A stretch of 32,000 nt of DNA from Nostoc punctiforme PCC 73102 (GTDB taxonomy: Bacteria; Cyanobacteriota; Cyanobacteriia; Cyanobacteriales; Nostocaceae). The notes beneath the pieces were generated by a model. It saw nothing but the letters and a program-made list of their open reading frames with translations. It did no database searches and was not told the origin of the DNA. Each line of letters opens with the position of its first letter. Within the stretch, counting starts at the first letter, position 1. This document shows, piece after piece, positions 10,142 to 18,112 of the stretch. The translations under genes and the position numbers were made by a program. The stretch spans positions 1,170,001-1,202,000 of the forward strand of contig NC_010628.1 of assembly GCF_000020025.1 (NCBI RefSeq). The letters are read 5' to 3'.

Positions 10142-10597
10142 ATGACTGTCTACACAACTACTTCACTCAAGGCAGAACTGAACGAACGAGGCTGGCGATT
10201 AACTCCCCAGCGCGAAACAATTTTACACATTTTTCAAGAACTTCCGCAAGGTGAACATTTAAGTGCGGAAGATCTTTATCATCGGCTAGAAACTGATGGT
10301 GAAGGGATCAGTCTGTCAACTATTTATCGGACTTTGAAGTTGATGGCGAGGATGGGAATTTTACGGGAATTAGAACTGGGTGAAGGACATAAGCATTATG
10401 AGATCAACCAGCCCTATCCTCATCATCACCATCACTTGATTTGTGTTAGATGCAACTCAACTATTGAGTTTAAAAATGATTCAATTTTAAAAATTGGCTC
10501 GAAAACCGCTCAAAAAGAAGGTTTTCACCTGCTTGATTGTCAAATGACAATCCATGCAGTGTGTCCCAAGTGCCAACGGGCGCTGATGCCGCTTTAG
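10142..10597 (+). CDS. furA: Ferric uptake regulator family transcription factor (FurA type)
   Basis: ORF-track frame 10124-10597; I prefer the ATG at 10142 (MTVYTTTSLKAELNERGWRLTPQRETIL..., 151 aa). Winged-helix N-domain, the HHHHH run (PYPHHHHHLICVRC) and a second CxxC (CPKC). The sigC / convergent PG-binding gene context matches Anabaena all1691. Confidence 0.9.
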   Translation: MTVYTTTSLKAELNERGWRLTPQRETILHIFQELPQGEHLSAEDLYHRLETDGEGISLSTIYRTLKLMARMGILRELELGEGHKHYEINQPYPHHHHHLICVRCNSTIEFKNDSILKIGSKTAQKEGFHLLDCQMTIHAVCPKCQRALMPL

Positions 10598-10728
10598 CAC
10601 TTGGGTGGATAATCAGACGAAACTACTCAAATTAGCCAAATAAGGGGAATTTTGAGCAGTTCGTAATTTGCTGTTACTAGAGGCTAGCAACGAGTTGGGA
10701 ACTGATACTAATAACACCAAAGCGGATG

Positions 10729-11868
10729 TTAAAAGCGTCCGCTCTTAAGATCCTTGAGGCTGATGCCGTAGAATTCTTGGGCTTGTTTAATCGCTTTTTT
10801 GGTGTCATCTGCCATTACACCGTTCAGCTTGCCTTTATAAAAACCCCGCTCCCGTAGTCGCGTTTGGATTTCCAGGGTATTAAATTCGCTTTTTTTAGCA
10901 GTATTAACTGAGCTATATAACTTAGCTCGTGTAGTTGGGCCAGCAACGCCACTTGCTGCTAAGAAATTAGCTGCCTGGAATCTTCGTACAGCATCGGCAG
11001 TGTAGGGGCCATAGTAGCCATTTGGCTCTCCCTCTAAATATCCTGCCTGGATCAATTGTTCTTGGATGATTCTAACTGACTCACCGCGATCGCCTACACG
11101 GAGTTTATCTCGATTGACAACCTTTTTAGGAGCCTCTTCTCCATCGCCAATGCCAATTCCTGGCAATTTACGCAATGTTGCGGGGCCAGCAATTCCATCA
11201 ACGCTTAATTTGTAAGAATCTTGGAACCGCTTCACAGATTCTTCGGTAATTGGGCCAAATATTCCTGTGGCGTTCCCATAATAAAAGCCTGCGATTCTTA
11301 AGCGTTCTTGCAAGGCTCTGACATCTTCACCTTCATCACCCTTAGCAAGGTAGTTAGGATTACGGCGTTGGTTGGTGGCTGAACGAACCGAACTAGTAGT
11401 ACTGGGCTTTTTAGCTTGTGTACTGACAACAGTGGCTTTTTTTGCTTGTGTTGTCGTAGTACTGGACTTTTTAGCTTGCCAGTTTTCTAACTTTTGCAGG
11501 GTGCTTGCTCCAACAATGCCGTCCACTGGTAAACCGACGGCTTTTTGGAAGCGCCGCACAGCCTCTTGTGTGGATACATCATATACTTGGGTAACAGAAG
11601 CTTGGTAAAAACCTGCTGTTTTCAACTTTTGTTGGAGATTTCTAACAGAGGGACCTTGATCGCCTTTTTCCAGTGCCATAACGCTGCTGACAGCGCCAAT
11701 AATGGACAATGACAGAGCAAGGGGCAACATATACTTCCAAGCCCTACCAGAAAGCCTTTTCCAGTCTGGTGCAGCTGCTTTGTTAAACAAAGAACTGAGG
11801 GATACCAATTCACTGGGTGTGCTGTCTTCGTAGGCGAAAGCTAGGTGCAAATACGCAAGATTTTCCAT
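10729..11868 (-). CDS. Peptidoglycan-binding (PG_binding_1 repeat) protein, alr1690-like
   Basis: 379 aa. N-terminal TM/signal (MLPLALSLSIIGAVSSVMA), then four repeats of the pattern LQxxLxxAGFYxGxxxGxFGPxTxxAVxxFQ. Convergent with furA. Confidence 0.85.
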   Translation of the reverse strand: MENLAYLHLAFAYEDSTPSELVSLSSLFNKAAAPDWKRLSGRAWKYMLPLALSLSIIGAVSSVMALEKGDQGPSVRNLQQKLKTAGFYQASVTQVYDVSTQEAVRRFQKAVGLPVDGIVGASTLQKLENWQAKKSSTTTTQAKKATVVSTQAKKPSTTSSVRSATNQRRNPNYLAKGDEGEDVRALQERLRIAGFYYGNATGIFGPITEESVKRFQDSYKLSVDGIAGPATLRKLPGIGIGDGEEAPKKVVNRDKLRVGDRGESVRIIQEQLIQAGYLEGEPNGYYGPYTADAVRRFQAANFLAASGVAGPTTRAKLYSSVNTAKKSEFNTLEIQTRLRERGFYKGKLNGVMADDTKKAIKQAQEFYGISLKDLKSGRF

Positions 11869-11877
11869 ATTTGTTTC

Positions 11878-14800
11878 CTACACCATTGATTTTTCTTCGA
11901 TAACTGCTTCAGCTTGATGTACTAGGTTCCTCAAAGCTTCTAATGTTCCTATATTTACATCCTCCCACAAATTGCGCTTATGTGCTTCTAATAATTTTTC
12001 AGCAATATCACGCAGAGCATAAGGGTTCTTTTCCTGAATAAATTCTGACACAACTGGATCGAGCAAGTAAGCCTCTACTATGCCTTGATACATATAATCT
12101 TCTACACATTTAGCTGTAGCGTCGTAGGCGAATAAAAAATCTACTGTCGCCGCCATTTCAAAAGCACCTTTGTAACCGTGGCGCATAACTCCTGCAATCC
12201 ACTTAGGATTAACTACACGAGAACGATACACCCGTGAAATTTCTTCTTTGAGTTGGCGGACTCGTGGTTGGGCAGGTATGGAATTATCACCAAAATATGT
12301 TTTGGGGTTTTTTCCCTGTAGAGAACGCACGGCTGCTGTTAAACCACCCTGAAATTGGTAATAATCATCAGAATCGAGTAGGTCGTGTTCGCGGTTATCT
12401 TGATTGTGCAGGACAACTTGCATCTGGGATAAGCGTTGCTTGAAGGCTTCGGTATTGGGGACTGGGGACTGGGGACTGGGGACTGAGGATTGGGGATTGG
12501 CAATTTTATCCTCCCCTGCTCCCCCTGCTCCCTGCTCCCCTACCAAATTTCCCGAAGAATAGGCGTAAGAACTCCAGTTAATGTAAGCACGGGCTAAATC
12601 TTCATCGTCTGTCCAGTTTTGCGATTCGATTAAACCTTGGAGTCCTGCGCCGTAAGCACCTGGGCGAGAACCAAAGATGCGATAGTGCGATCGCACCACG
12701 GCTTCTTCTAAAGTTAATCCTTGGCTTGTCCACAATTCAGTTTCTTGGCGAACTGCATCTGCAAGGGGATTTTGTTCTGGTGGTTCATCCAAATCTGCTA
12801 CTGCTGATACTGCTTGATCGAATAAGTCAATTAAGTTGGGAAAAGCATCGCGGAAGAATCCTGAAATTCGCAAGGTGACATCTACACGGGGCCGTCCCAA
12901 AATCGCTAGGGGCAAAATTTCAAAATCTACTACTCGCCGCGCTGCACCATCCCATACAGGTTTGACTCCCAGCAAAGCTAACGCTTCGGCTATGTCATCA
13001 CCGCCTGTTCTCATGGTGGCTGTTCCCCACAATGATAAGCCTAGTGTTCTGGGATACTCACCATTCTCTTGAGTGTAATATTCTACGAGGGTTTCGGCGG
13101 CTTTTCTGCCGATATCCCAAGCTGTCTCTGTGGGAATGGCGCGAATATCGACAGAATAAAAGTTTCTCCCTGTTGGTAGAACTTCTGGGCGGCCGCGCGT
13201 GGGTGCGCCAGATGGGGCACTGGGGACGTAACCGCCATCAAGCCCATGTAATAAATGGGTGATTTCTCGATCGGTTTGTTGTAAAGCTGGAAGCAGGCGA
13301 TCGCGTATCCAGGTAGAGACGCGATGAATCGCGTCTCTACAAGATTCCTGAATTCTGAATTCTGAATCCTGATTTATTAGTTGTTCTACTAAAAGGGCGG
13401 CGTGTTCTTCTAGGACTTCAACTATATCGCCAATGGTGCGGCACTCTGTGCCATTGACTATTGAGTATTCACCGCTAGGCATTGACAAATCTGCTGTGAG
13501 GGGGTCGAAGTCTAAACCCCAATCTTGAGCTATGGCGCGGGTAATACCTGAAGAATGGCGATTGGGTATGCGAGCGATCGCTACTATTAAATCTCGCAGC
13601 TGCTTTCCTTGGGGACATTGCCCAAAAATGTGCAACCCGTCGCGGATTTGGGCTTCTTTCAATTCACAAAGATAACCACCGATGGAATTCAAAACTAGAG
13701 ATTCAGACTTAAAAATTTCTGTTTCATTTTGGATTCCCAAATCTAGATGGAGATTTTCTTTGATCACCAGTTCGTGGATGCGATCGCGAATTACTGGCAA
13801 ACGTGAAGGATCTAAACTATCCGCTTCATAATACTCATCAATTAAATTTTCTAACTGTTGCAAAGAACCGTAGAGTTCCGCACGAGTCATCGGCGGCGTT
13901 AAGTGATCTATAATCACCGCTTGAGCGCGACGTTTGGCTTGGGAACCTTCACCAGGATCGTTGACAATAAACGGGTACAGGTGGGGAAGTGAGCCGAAAG
14001 CCACTTCTGGATAACAATTATTAGATAAAGCCACGCTTTTACCAGGTAGCCATTCTAGATTTCCGTGTTTCCCTACATGAACTACAGCATCAGCACCAAA
14101 AGTTTCTCTAACCCAATAGTAGAAAGCTAAATAATCATGGGTTGGTTCTAAATCTGGCGCATGATAATTCAAACTGGGGTCATTATCATAACCTCTTGCT
14201 GGCTGAATTCCCACGAAGATGTTGCCGATTTGGATTCCGGGAACGGGGATAGAGGCAGGGGGGCAGGGAGCAGGGAGCAGGGGAGAAGAGCTTTCACCTT
14301 TGCCTCCCGCACTTTGCCCCATTTTCCACCTTTCAGTAATACCTTGCTGAACTGCTGGCGGTAATGAAGCGAAATATTCTTGATATTCTTCCCAAGAGAC
14401 ACTTTGGTGTACCGGAAGCCATTCTCTACCTTCCGCATCGTTGGTTACGCCATTTGTCAGCCGTTGAATCAACTCATCTCCTTGAGCAGGTGGATTTTCT
14501 ACTTCATACCCAGCCTGATGTAAAGCTTGCAGGATTTCTACACAACTAGCTGGGGTATCGAGTCCCACACCATTAGCAAGCCGTCCATTGCGGTTGGGGT
14601 AATTTGCCAAAATTAGGGCAATTCGCCGTTCTTGGGGTGGTTTGGAACGTAGACGCGCCCAATTTGCTGCTAGTTGAGCAACGAACTCAATGCGATCGCT
14701 GACTGGTTCATAAATTACCACATCTGTCTCTAAATGGGGATTACGAGTTTGCACGGCTTTAAAAGACACAGCACGCGTAATAATCCGCCCATCTACTTCT

Positions 14801-15957
14801 GGTAGCGCCACATTCATCCCAATATCGCGGGGAGAAAGCCCTTGAAACTGTGACTCCCACTGCTCAATTGATCCGCCACTGAGGATTACCTGCAACACAG
14901 GCACATCTAATTTTTCCCACAGTTCGGTTTGGGGTGTTTCGCTTTCCAAGCGTGCTAGTGAAAAACTGGTAGTATTCAGCAGCACAGCTATTGATTCGGC
15001 TTCTTTGGGTTGGAAAAATTCACTCAACTCCGCTTGAACATCGGGTTCACGCAATGAGGAAACAAACACTGGCACTGGTTGTAAATTTTTCTGTACCAAG
15101 GCTTGGCATAAAGCATCAATTACCTTGGTGTTTCCAGCTAAATAATGAGCGCGGTAGAAGAGGATGCCGACTTTGGGCATGAGGCATGGGGCATGGGGCA
15201 TTGGGCATTGGAAGCCTTGAGGTTCTGAGGTGGATTCATCCAGTTCCGAGGTGGATGAACGGAGTTCCGAGGTGGATTCATCCGGTTCAAAGGTGGATGA
15301 ACGAAGTTCTAACTCTCTGCTGCCCCCCTGCTCCTTGGTCACTGAGCGTAGCCGTTCGCGCAGCGTCTCGTAGAGAAGTGCTGCCCCCCTGCTCCCCTGC
15401 CCCCCTGCTCCCCATTCATACAATCCCACGCGCGGAATCGGTCGGGGTGGCAGGGGATTGTATGCAGTTAACAGGCAAGTATCAGAGATAAATTGCAGAG
15501 CATTAACAAAATTTTCTACTCCGCCTTCACTAAAATACTGCCATACCTGGTTAGCAACACCTAAAGGCACGGTAGACTGAGAAATTAAGTCGGGATCAAA
15601 AGCGTCGTCCCCTGGCATTACAATGAGGGTTCTACCATTACGTTGCACAATTTCTTGCACTACTTCTAAGCCATAACCCCAATAAGAACGTCCTCCTAAT
15701 AGGCGCAAAATAATTACCTGGGCAAGCTCCAAAACTTGCTCTCCATAAGTATCTATGCTCAACTGTTGCTGCAATTGCAACAGATTAGCGACTCTTAAGG
15801 CAGGAAATTGTGGAGGTAATTTCGTAACCGCAACTGCCAAAGTTTGAATGTCGGTATCAGCAGCCGTAATCAACACGAAAGGCGCTGGAGTTTGTTCTAG
15901 AAAAATTAAACCCTCTGATTGATTCCATCCACCCGATGTGCTACTTATACGATGCAT
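11878..15957 (-). CDS. cobN: Cobaltochelatase large subunit CobN (CobN/Mg-chelatase H family)
   Basis: 1359 aa. Typical family blocks include VGILFYRAHYLAGN, HVGKHGNLEWLPGK, DHLTPPM, PTGRNFYS, LWGTATMRTGGDDIAE and RISGFFRDAFPN. The stop lies 9 nt upstream of the start of the next gene. The CDS carries several in-frame repeat-derived inserts (listed separately). Confidence 0.92.
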   Translation of the reverse strand: MHRISSTSGGWNQSEGLIFLEQTPAPFVLITAADTDIQTLAVAVTKLPPQFPALRVANLLQLQQQLSIDTYGEQVLELAQVIILRLLGGRSYWGYGLEVVQEIVQRNGRTLIVMPGDDAFDPDLISQSTVPLGVANQVWQYFSEGGVENFVNALQFISDTCLLTAYNPLPPRPIPRVGLYEWGAGGQGSRGAALLYETLRERLRSVTKEQGGSRELELRSSTFEPDESTSELRSSTSELDESTSEPQGFQCPMPHAPCLMPKVGILFYRAHYLAGNTKVIDALCQALVQKNLQPVPVFVSSLREPDVQAELSEFFQPKEAESIAVLLNTTSFSLARLESETPQTELWEKLDVPVLQVILSGGSIEQWESQFQGLSPRDIGMNVALPEVDGRIITRAVSFKAVQTRNPHLETDVVIYEPVSDRIEFVAQLAANWARLRSKPPQERRIALILANYPNRNGRLANGVGLDTPASCVEILQALHQAGYEVENPPAQGDELIQRLTNGVTNDAEGREWLPVHQSVSWEEYQEYFASLPPAVQQGITERWKMGQSAGGKGESSSPLLPAPCPPASIPVPGIQIGNIFVGIQPARGYDNDPSLNYHAPDLEPTHDYLAFYYWVRETFGADAVVHVGKHGNLEWLPGKSVALSNNCYPEVAFGSLPHLYPFIVNDPGEGSQAKRRAQAVIIDHLTPPMTRAELYGSLQQLENLIDEYYEADSLDPSRLPVIRDRIHELVIKENLHLDLGIQNETEIFKSESLVLNSIGGYLCELKEAQIRDGLHIFGQCPQGKQLRDLIVAIARIPNRHSSGITRAIAQDWGLDFDPLTADLSMPSGEYSIVNGTECRTIGDIVEVLEEHAALLVEQLINQDSEFRIQESCRDAIHRVSTWIRDRLLPALQQTDREITHLLHGLDGGYVPSAPSGAPTRGRPEVLPTGRNFYSVDIRAIPTETAWDIGRKAAETLVEYYTQENGEYPRTLGLSLWGTATMRTGGDDIAEALALLGVKPVWDGAARRVVDFEILPLAILGRPRVDVTLRISGFFRDAFPNLIDLFDQAVSAVADLDEPPEQNPLADAVRQETELWTSQGLTLEEAVVRSHYRIFGSRPGAYGAGLQGLIESQNWTDDEDLARAYINWSSYAYSSGNLVGEQGAGGAGEDKIANPQSSVPSPQSPVPNTEAFKQRLSQMQVVLHNQDNREHDLLDSDDYYQFQGGLTAAVRSLQGKNPKTYFGDNSIPAQPRVRQLKEEISRVYRSRVVNPKWIAGVMRHGYKGAFEMAATVDFLFAYDATAKCVEDYMYQGIVEAYLLDPVVSEFIQEKNPYALRDIAEKLLEAHKRNLWEDVNIGTLEALRNLVHQAEAVIEEKSMV
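12454..12540 (-). repeat. STRR1-type heptamer array (CCCCAGT on the coding strand) plus CTGCTCC-type heptamers, inside cobN
   Basis: attgggg actgggg actgggg actgggg actgagg attgggg attgg at 12454-12500, then cctcccctgctccccctgctccctgctcccc to 12540. Translated in frame as GEQGAGGAGEDKIANPQSSVPSPQSPVPN. Confidence 0.9.
13313..13371 (-). repeat. 28-nt perfect palindromic element followed by 4 heptamers (AATTCTG type), inside cobN
   Basis: GTAGAGACGCGAT-GA-ATCGCGTCTCTAC (13313-13340, 13-bp arms), then attcctg aattctg aattctg aatcctg (13344-13371). Translated as ..NQDSEFRIQESCRDAIHRVST... Related copies lie at 18113-18183. Confidence 0.9.
14254..14288 (-). repeat. GGCAGGG/GAGCAGG heptamer array inside cobN
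   Basis: ggcaggg gggcagg gagcagg gagcagg ggagaag. Translated as ..SSPLLPAPCPPAS... Confidence 0.8.
15174..15211 (-). repeat. GGGGCAT heptamer array (about 5.4 copies) inside cobN
   Basis: tgggcat gaggcat ggggcat ggggcat tgggcat tgg. Translated as QCPMPHAPCLMPK. The same heptamer family occurs at 28661-28688 and 30811-30827. Confidence 0.85.
15222..15305 (-). repeat. Four tandem 21-nt units inside cobN
   Basis: gttctgaggtggattcatcca / gttccgaggtggatgaacgga / gttccgaggtggattcatccg / gttcaaaggtggatgaacgaa. Encodes ELRSSTF-EPDESTS-ELRSSTS-ELDESTS. Alternate units can pair through TTCATCC/GGATGAA. Confidence 0.85.
15318..15413 (-). repeat. 96-nt dispersed element, copy A (inside cobN)
   Basis: The reverse complement matches 16285-16380 at 93/96 positions in a hand alignment. 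Translated in cobN as GAGGQGSRGAALLYETLRERLRSVTKEQGGS. Confidence 0.9.
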
Positions 15958-16051
15958 AATGCTGTATTACCGTCTTAAACTATTGGTTATTACACAATCA
16001 AAACAAACTTTTTCCCTGCATTTAGCCCCCTCTTACCAGTAATGATTAAAA

Positions 16052-18103
16052 ATGCTTAGTTCTCCTGATTTGAGCTTTTCTCGAACCTTGCCTATTGTTG
16101 TATTTAATCAGCTTGGGGAATTGTTGGAACAAATGGCTCAAACAGTGGGAAGTGCCACTCTGGTACTGACAGAAGCTGTTTTGGCGCGGATTTCCATACC
16201 TGTGGAGTGGCAAAGGCAAAGGTTTACGTTGGTGGTTTCTGGGCAGTTTAGTGCGCTTTTGTTAGGAAATTTTGAGGAAGGGCAGGGGAGCAGAGGGGCA
16301 GGGGAGCAGGGGGGCAGCACTTCTCTACGAGACGCTGCGCGAACGACTACGCTCAGTGACCAAGGAGCAGGGGGGCAGGAAATTCACTCTCTACTCAGCA
16401 CTCAGAACTCAGCACTCAATGCTAGATTGACATTTAATTTAGAGGCGATCGCTTCTTTTCTGCATGAATTGAGAGACTTGTTTGAGTGCGATTCCTATAC
16501 TCACCAAAATCTCGAACGCTTTTGCCAAATTATTGGGCCCAATGATGCTACCCTCCAAAGTAAGTTCTCGCTGTTGCTATTAGAATATCTCCTAACTCAG
16601 CCAAACCAAGAAATAATAGCACCTCCAAGCCCAACTGCGCCGGCAGTTTATATCTGTCAGCCAGTGGAAGATGCCTTAAAAAAACAGATTTCCCAAGAAC
16701 GGTTGTTGAATCAGGTAACAACGCAGATCCGCAAAAGCTTGGATTTGCCTGTCATTATGGCAACGGCAATTACACAGGTGCGTGAGTTTCTAGAATTAGA
16801 CCGATTAGTAATCTATAAATTTGAAGCTTCTAAAGTCAAGACTCAAGAATACCAGTCTTCTACAGATGAGGATAACGGGAAAGGCTCAACTTCTATCTCA
16901 GTAAATAATCAATCCTTACTAGAAGACTACCAACAGCATAGGGGTTACATTGTCTATGAAGCCCGTGCTACAGATGCGATTACCTGCGTGTTGAATTACA
17001 CAGAAAAAAATTGCTTTATGCGAACCTCTCAATGTTGGGAGAAGTATCGCCAAGGCTTTACCTTAGCTGTGGATGATGTCGAAAAAACTTATGCTCTAGA
17101 AGAGTGTTTGTTGAATTTTTTAAGGGAAAGCCAAGTGCGGGCTAAGTTGGCAGCACCGATTATACTTGAGAACAAGCTGTGGGGGCTGCTGATTGCTCAT
17201 CAGTGCAATGAACCACGCCAATGGATTGATAGCGAAAAAAACTTGCTGATTGCGATCGCCGAACAATTAGCGATCGCCATTTACCAAGCTGAGTTAATGC
17301 AAACCCTCACCCAAGAAAAACAAACTCTCGAACAACGAGTTATTGAACGCACAATCGGACTACGTGATGCTCTCCTCGCCGCCGAAGCTGCTAACCGCCT
17401 CAGAAGTGAATTTCTCGCTACTATCAGTCACGAATTACTCACGCCTTTAACTTATGTGATTGGGATGTCTTCTACCTTGTTACGCTGGCCTTTGGGTGAA
17501 TTGAGTCAACGACAACGCGATTATCTGCAAACAATCCACGATAGTGGAGAACATTTATTAGAAATGATTAATGACATCCTCGATTTATCGCAAATCGAGG
17601 CTGGTAAGACAGCTTTAAATATTTCGGAATTTTCTTTGGTGAATGTTGCAGAAAAGGCTTTAGAGTCACTGCGAAACAAAGCAACAAGCGAACAAATCAA
17701 TCTCAACCTTGATTTGCAAATCGATCCCAGTCGCGATCGCTTTACCGCCGATGCCGAACGAGTAGCACAAATTCTCTCGAATCTGTTAACTAATGCCATT
17801 AAATTCACTCCCGAAAGTGGTAACGTTACCTTGCGCCTTTGGGTGGAGGATGATACCGCTATTTTTCAAGTTGAAGATACCGGTATTGGTATACGCGAAG
17901 AACAGTTACCATTACTTTTTGAGAAATTTCAGCAACTCGATACACCCTATCGCCGCCGCTATGAAGGCACTGGACTTGGATTAGCTTTAACTAAACAACT
18001 TGTAGAACTCCATCGGGGTCGAATTGAAGTAGAATCAACCATCAGTATTGGCTCCATTTTTACTGTATGGATACCAACTCAGGCAATGAGAGTGCTGAGT
18101 TAG
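16052..18103 (+). CDS. GAF-domain sensor histidine kinase (uncharacterised N-terminal region, GAF, HisKA, HATPase_c)
   Basis: 683 aa. GAF-like core (..VREFLELDRLVIYKF..KLWGLLIAHQC..), H-box FLATISHELLTPL, N-box LSNLLTNAIKFT, G1 VEDTGIGI, G2 GTGLGLALTK. Divergent from cobN, with a 94-nt intergenic region. Confidence 0.9.
   Translation: MLSSPDLSFSRTLPIVVFNQLGELLEQMAQTVGSATLVLTEAVLARISIPVEWQRQRFTLVVSGQFSALLLGNFEEGQGSRGAGEQGGSTSLRDAARTTTLSDQGAGGQEIHSLLSTQNSALNARLTFNLEAIASFLHELRDLFECDSYTHQNLERFCQIIGPNDATLQSKFSLLLLEYLLTQPNQEIIAPPSPTAPAVYICQPVEDALKKQISQERLLNQVTTQIRKSLDLPVIMATAITQVREFLELDRLVIYKFEASKVKTQEYQSSTDEDNGKGSTSISVNNQSLLEDYQQHRGYIVYEARATDAITCVLNYTEKNCFMRTSQCWEKYRQGFTLAVDDVEKTYALEECLLNFLRESQVRAKLAAPIILENKLWGLLIAHQCNEPRQWIDSEKNLLIAIAEQLAIAIYQAELMQTLTQEKQTLEQRVIERTIGLRDALLAAEAANRLRSEFLATISHELLTPLTYVIGMSSTLLRWPLGELSQRQRDYLQTIHDSGEHLLEMINDILDLSQIEAGKTALNISEFSLVNVAEKALESLRNKATSEQINLNLDLQIDPSRDRFTADAERVAQILSNLLTNAIKFTPESGNVTLRLWVEDDTAIFQVEDTGIGIREEQLPLLFEKFQQLDTPYRRRYEGTGLGLALTKQLVELHRGRIEVESTISIGSIFTVWIPTQAMRVLS
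16285..16380 (+). repeat. 96-nt dispersed element, copy B (inside the histidine kinase gene)
   Basis: ggggagcagaggggcaggggagcaggggggcagcacttctctacgagacgctgcgcgaacgactacgctcagtgaccaaggagcaggggggcagga. Translated here as GSRGAGEQGGSTSLRDAARTTTLSDQGAGGQ, a different frame from copy A. Confidence 0.9.
16392..16419 (+). repeat. ACTCAGC-type heptamer array (4 units) inside the histidine kinase gene
   Basis: tactcag cactcag aactcag cactcaa. Translated as LLSTQNSALN, directly downstream of the 96-nt element. Confidence 0.8.
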
Positions 18104-18112
18104 GAGTTAAGC

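Noticed and set aside
12454-15413. Repeat arrays that might be taken for CRISPR
   Set aside because: The units are 7 or 21 nt and directly tandem, with no unique spacers of about 30-40 nt. No cas genes are present. They lie inside an intact CDS.
12836-15491. Plus-strand ORFs inside cobN (12836-13072, 13032-13262, 14161-14364, 14364-14549, 14991-15182, 15186-15491) and the minus-strand ORF 14169-14438
   Set aside because: These are alternative-frame or antisense shadows of a well-supported 1359-aa CobN frame. The 15186-15491 product is simply the repeat block read on the other strand.
15958-16051. Cobalamin riboswitch upstream of cobN
   Set aside because: The divergent intergenic region is only 94 nt, too short for a B12 riboswitch. 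I saw no B12-box-like sequence.
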